Origin: Acidimicrobiales bacterium
GTDB taxonomy: Bacteria > Actinomycetota > Acidimicrobiia > Acidimicrobiales > Ilumatobacteraceae
DNA: 24,612 nucleotides
NCBI GenBank assembly: GCA_046093205.1
Contig: JBJTFB010000231.1
Span: forward strand, 1-24,612
Direction of reading: 5' to 3'
This document shows positions 17,008-24,612 of the stretch, piece after piece (position 1 is the stretch's first letter; the number at the start of each line of letters is the position of its first letter). Made by a program: the position numbers and the translations under genes. The notes under the pieces were generated by a model. The model was not told where the DNA came from. It ran no database searches and worked only from the letters and a program-made list of their open reading frames with translations.

Positions 17008-18117
17008 TCAGCCTGCCCCGTCCTCGGCCAGCACGACGTCGGCTTGTCGGGCCGAGAAGAGGTACACGTCGTCGGCCGACCACGAGCACCACACGCTCTC
17101 GCCCACTGCGAACCGCTGTGCCTCGAGCCTCGGGGCCAGCACGAGGAGGTCCCGCTCGCCCACGGTGACCACGTACTGCAGGACGTCACCGAAGTGCGAC
17201 ACACCGGCAACATTGCCGCGGCAGGAGTTCTCGGGTCGTCCCGGCTGGACGGAGGTCAGGTGGATGCACTCGGGGCGGACGGCCGGAAGTGCCGGCTGGC
17301 CGTTCGGTACGTTCTCCTCGGGCCGTGTGGCCACGAATACCGTCCCGTCGTCGGCAACCGCACCACCGTCGGTGGCAGTGCCCGTCCAGAAGTTGTTGCG
17401 GCCGATGAACCCGGCGACGAACGCCGATGACGGGTGCTCGTAGACGGTCTCAGGGTCGGCGAGCTGCTCGATGTGGCCGTCAAGCATGATCGCGATGCGG
17501 TCGCTCATGCTCATGGCCTCCTCCTGGTCATGGGTGACGAACACGAATGTGATGCCGAGGCGCGACTGCAGCAGCTTGAGCTCGATCTGCATCTCCTCGC
17601 GCAGCTTGCGGTCGAGGGCACCGAGCGGCTCGTCTAGGAGGAGCACGCTCGGCCTGTTCACCAGTGCCCTGGCCACGGCGACACGCTGTTGCTGGCCACC
17701 CGACATCTGGCGCGGCCTGCGCCCGGCGAGGCGTGACATCTGCACCATGTCGAGGGCCTCGGCAACGCGATCTGCGATCTCGGCCTTCGGCACGCCCTTC
17801 TGGCGGAGCCCGTACCCCACGTTCTCCGCAACGGTCATGTGCGGGAAGAGTGCGTAGTGCTGGAACACCGTGTTCACGTCGCGCTTGTACGGGGGCACCC
17901 CCTGCACCTCGACGCCGTTCACGAGGATGTGTCCGGCATCGGGCTGCTCGAAACCCGCAAGCATCCGCAGCGTGGTGGTCTTTCCGCATCCGCTCGGGCC
18001 GAGCAGGGAGAGGAACTCCCCGGGCCGCACCTCGAGGTCGAGGTTGTCGACGGCGGTGACGTCGCCGTAGCGCTTCGTGACACCGACGAGCTGGACCGAC
18101 CCGCGTGTTCCCGTCAC
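17008..18117 (-). CDS. potA: Polyamine ABC transporter ATP-binding protein
   Basis: [45 protein letters not shown]-terminal TOBE-like region; GGAGG SD before the GTG at 18117. Confidence 0.92.
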   Translation of the reverse strand: MTGTRGSVQLVGVTKRYGDVTAVDNLDLEVRPGEFLSLLGPSGCGKTTTLRMLAGFEQPDAGHILVNGVEVQGVPPYKRDVNTVFQHYALFPHMTVAENVGYGLRQKGVPKAEIADRVAEALDMVQMSRLAGRRPRQMSGGQQQRVAVARALVNRPSVLLLDEPLGALDRKLREEMQIELKLLQSRLGITFVFVTHDQEEAMSMSDRIAIMLDGHIEQLADPETVYEHPSSAFVAGFIGRNNFWTGTATDGGAVADDGTVFVATRPEENVPNGQPALPAVRPECIHLTSVQPGRPENSCRGNVAGVSHFGDVLQYVVTVGERDLLVLAPRLEAQRFAVGESVWCSWSADDVYLFSARQADVVLAEDGAG

Positions 18118-18146
18118 TCCCACCTCCGAACCGCGACGTTTCCGAG

Positions 18147-18152
18147 AGCATA
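18147..18152 (-). promoter_or_regulatory. Candidate -10 element for the pot operon
   Basis: TATGCT on the - strand, 29 nt upstream of the potA GTG. Confidence 0.4.
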
Positions 18153-18196
18153 GGCAAACGGGAGGGTCACGCACGGCCCCGGCACATGCGGGGATA

Positions 18197-19576
18197 ATGG
18201 ACGCCGTGGACGGCACCCTCGACCAACAGGCGCGCCGCCACATGTGGGGCCACTTCACCCGGATGTCGACCGTGCAGCGGGACGGACTCCCGATGATCGT
18301 GCGCGGCGAGGGGGCGTACGTCTGGGACGACAGAGGGAACCGCTACCTCGACGCCCTGAGCGGTCTCTTCACGGTCAACATCGGCCATGGCCGCAACGAG
18401 CTCGCCGAGGCCGCCGCGGCCCAGTCACGCACGCTCTCGTACTTCCCGCTGTGGAACTTCGCCACCGAACCGGCCGTGCGGCTCGCCTCGCGACTGGCTG
18501 ACCTCGCCCCCGGCGACCTGAACAGGGTCTTTTTCACCTCAGGCGGGGGCGAGGCGGTGGAGTCAGCATGGAAGCTGGCCGTGCAGTACTTCGCCGCCAT
18601 CGGCCAACCGTCGCGACGGAAGGTGATCAGCCGGGATTTTGCGTACCACGGCACGACGCTCGGCGCACTGTCGATCACCGGCATCCCCGCACTTCGCGAG
18701 CCGTTCGAGCCGCTGCTGCCGACGGCACTGAAGGTGCGCAACACGAACCGTTACCGGTGCACCTCCTGTTCGCAGGCGGCAACTTGCACACTCGACTGCG
18801 CCGACGACATCGAGCGGCTGATCCTCTCCGAGGGTCCCGAGACCGTGGCAATGGTGATCATGGAACCGGTGCAGAACACCGGCGGCGCCCTCACGCCCCC
18901 GGAGGGGTACTGGCACCGCGTGCGCGAGATCTGCGACAGACACGGCGTTCTCCTGGTGTCCGACGAGGTGATCTGCGCGTTCGGCCGGCTCGGCCACATG
19001 TTCGGCTGCGACCGATACGGGTACGTGCCCGACATGATCACCTTCGCCAAGGGTGTCACGAGCGGGTACGCGCCCCTCGGCGGCGTGATCGTGAGCGACC
19101 GGGTGGCCGCTCCGTTCGTGGAGGAGGAGGGCCGCATGTACATGCACGGCCTCACCTTCGGCGGTCATCCGGTGAGCTGCGCCGTCGCTCTCGCGAACAT
19201 CGACCTCCTCGAGAACGAGGACATCTGTGGCAACGTCCTGCGCCACGAGGCGTTGTTCGACGATGTGATGACCGAGCTCGCCGGCCTGCCGATCGTCGGC
19301 GACGTCCGCGGCAGCGGCTACTTCCGTGTTGCCGAGCTGGTGCGAGACAAGGACACCCGCGAGACCTTCACCGCAGAGGAGAGTGAGTGGCTGCTGCGCG
19401 GCTTCCTCTCCCCCATGCTCTACAAGGCGGGGCTCATCTGCCGGTCCGACGACCGCGCGGATCCCGTGGTTGTGCTCTCGCCCACCCTCGTGAGCGGCGA
19501 GCAGGAGCTCGAGTTCATCCGCACCACCCTGCGCACGGCGTTCACCGCCGCGTGGGACGCACTCGCGAACCGCTGA
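18197..19576 (+). CDS. Class III PLP aminotransferase (putrescine/polyamine omega-transaminase type)
   Basis: [40 protein letters not shown] (PLP lysine), HGLTFGGHP. Start is either ATG 18197 or leaderless GTG 18206 (7 nt after GATAAT). Confidence 0.9.
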   Translation: MDAVDGTLDQQARRHMWGHFTRMSTVQRDGLPMIVRGEGAYVWDDRGNRYLDALSGLFTVNIGHGRNELAEAAAAQSRTLSYFPLWNFATEPAVRLASRLADLAPGDLNRVFFTSGGGEAVESAWKLAVQYFAAIGQPSRRKVISRDFAYHGTTLGALSITGIPALREPFEPLLPTALKVRNTNRYRCTSCSQAATCTLDCADDIERLILSEGPETVAMVIMEPVQNTGGALTPPEGYWHRVREICDRHGVLLVSDEVICAFGRLGHMFGCDRYGYVPDMITFAKGVTSGYAPLGGVIVSDRVAAPFVEEEGRMYMHGLTFGGHPVSCAVALANIDLLENEDICGNVLRHEALFDDVMTELAGLPIVGDVRGSGYFRVAELVRDKDTRETFTAEESEWLLRGFLSPMLYKAGLICRSDDRADPVVVLSPTLVSGEQELEFIRTTLRTAFTAAWDALANR

Positions 19577-19608
19577 CGACGGCCGGCCGCGGCCACGTCG
19601 ACCCGGGG
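19577..19608. terminator. Possible GC-rich hairpin between convergent genes
   Basis: cgac-ggcc ... ggcc-ac-gtcg can fold into a bulged stem; no U tract. Confidence 0.25.
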
Positions 19609-21036
19609 TCAGCTGTCGAGGTTCGCCATCACGTGCTTGATGCGCGTGTAGTCGTCGAGTGCGTAGGCGGAGAGGTCCTTGCCGTAGCCCGACTTCTTGT
19701 ACCCGCCGTGGGGCATCTCGGCGACGATCGGGATGTGCGTGTTGATCCACACACACCCGAAGTCGAGGCCCCTCGCCATGCGCATGGCCCGGCCGAAGTC
19801 GCGCGTCCACACCGACGACGCGAGCCCGTACTCCACACCGTTCGCCCACCGCAGTGCCTCGTCCTCGTCGGAGAACCGCTGCACGGTGATGACCGGCCCG
19901 AAGAGCTCGTTCTGGATCATCTCGTCGTCCTGACGGAGGTCGGCGACAACGCTCGGCGCGTAGAAGAAGCCCTCGTCGCCGACGCGTGAACCACCGGTGA
20001 CGACCCGGGCATGGTCGGGCGTGCGCTCGACGAACCCGGCGACCCTGGCGAGCTGGTTCGGGTTGTTGAGTGGGCCGTAGAGCACGTCCTCGTCATCAGG
20101 CCGGCCCGTGCGCGATGCCGCCACGCTTTCTGACAGTGCGGCAACGAACTCGTTGTAGATGCGCGGTCCGCACACCACCCGCGTGGCCGCCGTGCAGTCC
20201 TGGCCCGCGTTGAACAGGCCGGCGGTTGCGATGCCCGCCGAGGCCGCCTCGATGTCGGCGTCATCGAACACGATGACCGGCGCCTTGCCGCCCAGCTCCA
20301 GGTGCACCCGCTTCAGGCTCTTCGCCGCCGCCTCGGCGACCTCCATGCCCGCACGCACCGAACCCGTCACGGACACCATCGACGGGATGTCGTGCGACAC
20401 CATCGCACGACCGGTGTCGCGGTCGCCGCACACGACGTTGAACACACCCGGCGGCAGGAACTCGGCGGCAACCTCGGCCATGAACGCGGCCGACACGGGC
20501 GTGGTGTCGGAGGGCTTCAGCACGACCGTGTTGCCCGCGGCGAGTGCCGGCGCGAACTTCCACACCGCCATCATCATCGGGTAGTTCCACGGCGCAACCT
20601 GCGCGCACACCCCCACCGGCTCGCGCCGGATCATGGATGTCATGTTCCGCATGTACTCGGCCGATGCCTTGCCCTCGAGCATCCGTGCGGCTCCTGCGAA
20701 GAACCGGATCTGGTCGATCATCGGCGGGATCTCCTCGCTGGCCGTCATGCCGACCGGCTTCCCCGTGTTCTCGACCTCCAGCGCGATGAGCTCGTCGGCC
20801 CTGCTCTCCAGTGCGTCGGCGATGCGCAGGAGCGCGAGCGACCTCTCCGAGGGCGTGGTGTTGCGCCACTCCTCGAACGCCGCCGATGCGGCCTTCATGG
20901 CGTCGTCGATGTCGGGGGCCGACGACAGTGGCGCGGTGCCGTACTCCCTGCCGTCCACCGGGTTCACGATGGGGAGGGTGCGGCCGTCGCGTGCGTCGAC
21001 CTGCCTGCCGTTGATGAAGTTCCTGACGGTGCGCAT
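19609..21036 (-). CDS. patD: Gamma-aminobutyraldehyde dehydrogenase
   Basis: [37 protein letters not shown] (Glu), NAGQDCTAA (Cys), ELFGPV. ATG at 21036. Confidence 0.88.
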   Translation of the reverse strand: MRTVRNFINGRQVDARDGRTLPIVNPVDGREYGTAPLSSAPDIDDAMKAASAAFEEWRNTTPSERSLALLRIADALESRADELIALEVENTGKPVGMTASEEIPPMIDQIRFFAGAARMLEGKASAEYMRNMTSMIRREPVGVCAQVAPWNYPMMMAVWKFAPALAAGNTVVLKPSDTTPVSAAFMAEVAAEFLPPGVFNVVCGDRDTGRAMVSHDIPSMVSVTGSVRAGMEVAEAAAKSLKRVHLELGGKAPVIVFDDADIEAASAGIATAGLFNAGQDCTAATRVVCGPRIYNEFVAALSESVAASRTGRPDDEDVLYGPLNNPNQLARVAGFVERTPDHARVVTGGSRVGDEGFFYAPSVVADLRQDDEMIQNELFGPVITVQRFSDEDEALRWANGVEYGLASSVWTRDFGRAMRMARGLDFGCVWINTHIPIVAEMPHGGYKKSGYGKDLSAYALDDYTRIKHVMANLDS

Positions 21037-21102
21037 CCCCCCATCGTTCCACAACGGCCGTCCCCGCGCGACAGGTGTCCCCGGACCGCGGCCGCCGGAC
21101 GG

Positions 21103-21118
21103 CGCGGGTGCACCCGCG
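21103..21118. promoter_or_regulatory. Perfect 16-bp palindrome CGCGGGTGCACCCGCG, candidate operator
   Basis: Self-complementary by inspection; lies in the divergent patD/ald intergenic region, 32-47 nt upstream of the ald ATG. Confidence 0.45.
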
Positions 21119-21149
21119 TCGACCCTCCGGCGCCGATAGAAATGCGGGC

Positions 21150-22280
21150 ATGACGCAGATCAAGTCAGTGGGCGTGCCGCGCGAGACCAAGACCGCAGAA
21201 GGACGTGTAGCCATGACACCCGACGGGGTGCGCGAGTTCGAGCGTCTGGGAATCGACGTGTACGTGGAGACCGGGGCGGGCGACGGGGCGTCCATCAGTG
21301 ATGCCGACTACGCGGCGGCCGGGGCCGACATCGTGCCCACCGCGGCCGATGCCTGGGCAAGAGACATGGTGGTGAAGGTGAAGGAGCCCACGGAGGCCGA
21401 GTTCGTGCACCTCCGCCGTGACCTCGTGCTCTTCACGTACCTGCATCTCGCCGCCTACCCCGCCGTTGCCCACGCACTGCTGGGGGCCGGCACCACGGCG
21501 TTCGCATACGAGACGGTGCAGGTGGAGACCGGTGCGCTGCCCCTCCTCGCACCGATGAGCGAGGTCGCCGGCCGGCTCGCGCCGCAGATGGGTGCGCACT
21601 TCCTCGAGCGCACGCACGGCGGGCGCGGCGTGCTGATGGGCGGCGCCCCCGGCGTGCGGCCCGCCCGTGTCGTCGTGCTCGGTGCGGGGAACGTGGGCTG
21701 GAACAGCGCGTGGATCGCCGCAGGCATGGAGGCTGAGGTCGTGCTTCTCGACAAGAACCTCGACCGGCTCCGTTGGGTCGACCAGATCCACCGTGGTCGC
21801 ATCATGACGCTCGCCTCCAACAGGGGCGCGATCGAGCGCAGCATCGCCGAGGCCGATCTCGTGATCGGCGCGGTGCTCGTGGCAGGCGGACGTGCCCCCG
21901 TGGTGGTGAGCGAGGACATGGTGCGCACCATGAAGCCAGGCGCTGTCATCGTGGATGTCGCCGTCGACCAGGGAGGGTGCATCGAGACCATCCGCGAGAC
22001 CACCCACACCGACCCGGTGTACGAACTCCACGGGGTGATCCATTACGCGGTGGGCAACATGCCCGGCGCCGTCCCCCACACCAGTACGTACGCCCTCACG
22101 AACGCCACGCTGCCCTACCAGCTCGAGGTGGCCACGCACGGTCCGCTGGCCGCGGCCGAGCGGAACACGGCTCTCGCCCACGGCCTCAACACCCATGCAG
22201 GGTCCGTCACGTACCGTGCAGTGGCCGAGGCCCTCGGTCTCGCGCACGTCGACCCCGTCACGGCGCTGCGTTCCTCGTAG
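21150..22280 (+). CDS. ald: Alanine dehydrogenase
   Basis: [77 protein letters not shown] at 21150. Confidence 0.95.
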   Translation: MTQIKSVGVPRETKTAEGRVAMTPDGVREFERLGIDVYVETGAGDGASISDADYAAAGADIVPTAADAWARDMVVKVKEPTEAEFVHLRRDLVLFTYLHLAAYPAVAHALLGAGTTAFAYETVQVETGALPLLAPMSEVAGRLAPQMGAHFLERTHGGRGVLMGGAPGVRPARVVVLGAGNVGWNSAWIAAGMEAEVVLLDKNLDRLRWVDQIHRGRIMTLASNRGAIERSIAEADLVIGAVLVAGGRAPVVVSEDMVRTMKPGAVIVDVAVDQGGCIETIRETTHTDPVYELHGVIHYAVGNMPGAVPHTSTYALTNATLPYQLEVATHGPLAAAERNTALAHGLNTHAGSVTYRAVAEALGLAHVDPVTALRSS

Positions 22281-22289
22281 GGTCGGGTC

Positions 22290-23510
22290 ATGGCCGTCCA
22301 CGCTTCGGAGCTCGACATCCCCAGGGTGCCCGTCTTCGAGGACGGGGACCGCCAGGTGCGGCGCGCCGCGATGCGCGACCTCTCCTCACAGGCGGCGATC
22401 GCCCGGACAGACATCGGTTACGCGGTGCTGCGGTACGACACCGTCACCAAGGTGCTGCGCGACAAACGGTGGCACAGTGCCACGGGCTTCGCCGCACAGT
22501 TCGCCGGGGTCACCGACGAGAAGTTCCTCTCGCGCCGCAGGGTCAGCATCCTGAACGCCGAGGGCGACACCCACGTGCGCCTGCGGCGGCTCGTCGCACC
22601 CGCCTTCTCCCCCCGCAGCGCCGACAGGCTGCGGCCGTTCATGCGGGACGTGGTGGAGGGGCTCATCGACCCGTGTCGTGCCGCAGGGCGCACCGAGTTC
22701 GTGGCGGATGTGTGCGAGCCCTACCCGATCCCCATCATCTGCGAGCTGCTCGGTGCACCGAAGGAGGACTGGAGGTCGTTCAGCGTGTGGGCCACCGACA
22801 TCCTGCGTGTGTTCAACGGCACGCTGGTGCAGGACCTCCCGGTGATCATGAAGGCCCAGGACGAGCTCGGCGAGTACGTGCGCAACCTCATCGACGAGCG
22901 CCGGGCGAAGCCGGCCGACGACCTCCTCACCGACCTCATCGCAGCAGAAGAGCAGGGTGACAGGCTCACCAACGACGAACTGGTGATGATGGTGGAGGCC
23001 GTGATCGTGGGCGGGACCGACACCACCCGCAACCAGCTCGGTCTCTGCCTCGCCGTGTTTCTCGACCATCCCGACCAGTGGGCACTCCTCGCGTCCGACC
23101 CCTCGCTCGCTCCGCGGGCCGTGGAGGAATGCATGCGCTACTGGGGTGCGGTGAACGGCACCATCAGGTTCGCCAGCGAGGACATCGAGATGGACGGCGT
23201 GCTCTTCCCGAAGGGCACGTTCATGAGCACGAGCCTTGCCACCGCGAACTTCGACCCGAACGTGTTCCCCGACCCCGGCACGTTCGACATCACGCGCGAA
23301 CCGGTGGGCTCGCCGCACATGAGTTTCGGCAGCGGCATCCACTACTGCCTCGGTGCCTCGCTCGCCCGCGCAGAGCTGCAGGAGGCTCTCACCGTGTTGC
23401 CCGCTCGCATGCCCGGCATCCGCCGCGAAGGCGACACCGTGATGAAGCCCGCGACCACCGCGATCTTCGGGCCCGCCAGCATGCCGATCGCCTTCGACGC
23501 GGTCTCCTGA
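22290..23510 (+). CDS. Cytochrome P450
   Basis: H..LRRLVAPAFS, I-helix GGTDTT, ExxR (EECMR), heme motif FGSGIHYCLG. 406 aa. Confidence 0.95.
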   Translation: MAVHASELDIPRVPVFEDGDRQVRRAAMRDLSSQAAIARTDIGYAVLRYDTVTKVLRDKRWHSATGFAAQFAGVTDEKFLSRRRVSILNAEGDTHVRLRRLVAPAFSPRSADRLRPFMRDVVEGLIDPCRAAGRTEFVADVCEPYPIPIICELLGAPKEDWRSFSVWATDILRVFNGTLVQDLPVIMKAQDELGEYVRNLIDERRAKPADDLLTDLIAAEEQGDRLTNDELVMMVEAVIVGGTDTTRNQLGLCLAVFLDHPDQWALLASDPSLAPRAVEECMRYWGAVNGTIRFASEDIEMDGVLFPKGTFMSTSLATANFDPNVFPDPGTFDITREPVGSPHMSFGSGIHYCLGASLARAELQEALTVLPARMPGIRREGDTVMKPATTAIFGPASMPIAFDAVS

Positions 23511-23582
23511 CTCACCGTCCGGTCATCTGACGCTCCGTCACGCTGCAACGAGACCTCCGCCAGTACTGTGGGCAGGCCCCCT

Positions 23583-24612
23583 ATGAGCACACGCACGCGC
23601 CGCCAGCCTGTCCCCGGTTCGGCCCGTTCGGCCCTCGCGCACCGCGACTTCCGCGTGATGTGGATGTCGAGCTTCACGTCCAGCATCGGCGTGTGGATGC
23701 AGCAGGTGGTGCTGCCCGCCTACGTGTACTCCCGCACACAGAGCGCCTCCACGGTCGCCGTGTTCAGCATCGCCCAGATGGGACCCCTTCTCCTGCTGTC
23801 CATCCCCGCCGGGGTGATGGCTGACAAGTTCGAGCGACGCAGATGGCTGGTGTTCGCCCAGCTGGTGCAGATGACCGGTTCGTTCTCCCTCGGTGTGCTC
23901 GCCGGCATCGATGCGGCGATCCCCGCACTGTTCGTGGCCCAGCTGGTCGTCGGCATCGGCAACAGCCTGAACGCACCCGCGTTCTCCGCCGTTCTGCCCA
24001 GTCTCGTGCCGCCCGAGGACCTCGGCGGCTCCATCAGTCTCTCCTCGGTGTCGGTGAACGGCTCGCGGGTCGCCGGCCCCATCGTGGCGGCGCTCCTGAT
24101 GAACATCGGTCTGAACACCGAGCACATCTTCTTCATCAACTCCTGCACCTACCTGATCGTGATGTCGGCGGTGCTGCGCATCACGCTGCCGCGGGCCGAG
24201 AAGACCCCGGAGTCCGGCCTTCGGTCCCTCACGCTCGGCATCCGCGTGGCGAGGGACCGTCCCGTCATCGGCCGCGTGCTGCTGACGATGTTCTCCTTCT
24301 CGCTGCTGAGCCTGCCCTTCGTGGGCCTCTTCCCCGCCGTCGCCGACCTCGCCTTCGGCATCCAGCCGCGCACCGCCCTCTACAAGTGGCTGTACGCGGT
24401 GTGGGGTCTCGGGGCAATGTTCGGTGCGCTCGCCGTCGGAACCGTGCTCGCCACCGAGGACAAGCGCACCACCGCCCGCAGGGGCTTCGTGCTGTTCGGC
24501 ATCGCGCTGTCGCTGTTCGCCTCGGCACCGAACGTGCCGCTTGCGTTCGTGACCGGCTTCATCCTCGGCACCACCTACTTCTCGACCACCACCGCCCTCA
24601 TGACGGTGCTGC
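23583..24612 (+). CDS. MFS transporter (MFS_3/DHA3-like), truncated by the window end
   Basis: Not in the ORF track because it has no stop. My translation: MSTRTRRQPVPGSARSALAHRDFRVMWMSSFTSSIGVWMQQV...PAGVMADKFERRRW (motif A-like), followed by repeated hydrophobic helices; open to 24612. Confidence 0.9.
   Translation, partial: MSTRTRRQPVPGSARSALAHRDFRVMWMSSFTSSIGVWMQQVVLPAYVYSRTQSASTVAVFSIAQMGPLLLLSIPAGVMADKFERRRWLVFAQLVQMTGSFSLGVLAGIDAAIPALFVAQLVVGIGNSLNAPAFSAVLPSLVPPEDLGGSISLSSVSVNGSRVAGPIVAALLMNIGLNTEHIFFINSCTYLIVMSAVLRITLPRAEKTPESGLRSLTLGIRVARDRPVIGRVLLTMFSFSLLSLPFVGLFPAVADLAFGIQPRTALYKWLYAVWGLGAMFGALAVGTVLATEDKRTTARRGFVLFGIALSLFASAPNVPLAFVTGFILGTTYFSTTTALMTVL

Noticed and set aside
18155-18170. 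GlnR-like CAAAC-n6-GTCAC in the potA/aminotransferase spacer
   Set aside because: One mismatched b-a pair only, with no flanking sites at 11-bp spacing; too weak to call.
1-24612. CRISPR array, rRNA, IS element or prophage
   Set aside because: No spaced direct repeats, rRNA-like segments or mobile-element genes; intergenic gaps are all short (about 110 nt or less).

Overview
A GC-rich (roughly 70% by eye), densely coded actinobacterial window. Mycothiol synthase, a HisA-type rather than PriA-type isomerase and pervasive leaderless starts suggest Acidimicrobiia (inference). From left to right: a 78-bp inverted copy of internal trpE sequence at the window edge (probably an amplification or assembly chimera); ygfZ, trpE and hisI (-); an alpha/beta hydrolase (+) splitting the his genes; hisF-A-H-B-C (-); a small ORF with an in-frame amber codon and nth (-); mshD-rlmN (+); an APH-family kinase with a small coupled partner (LvaAB-like), an SRPBCC protein, a DUF3499-like protein and tRNA-Val(CAC) (-). 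Next comes a polyamine uptake/catabolism cluster: PotA, a Tat-lipoprotein PotD/F-like binding protein, a single fused PotB-PotC permease and a 2-hydroxyacid dehydrogenase (-), a class III aminotransferase (+), gamma-aminobutyraldehyde dehydrogenase (-) and alanine dehydrogenase (+). The window ends with a cytochrome P450 and a truncated MFS transporter (+). No mobile element, CRISPR array or rRNA was seen. Most notable observations: two ultra-compact bidirectional leaderless promoters on a GGTACC core, the fused permease, the transaminase/Ald module, the LvaAB-like pair, and signs of sequence-quality problems. All family assignments come from motif recognition by eye; no searches were run.
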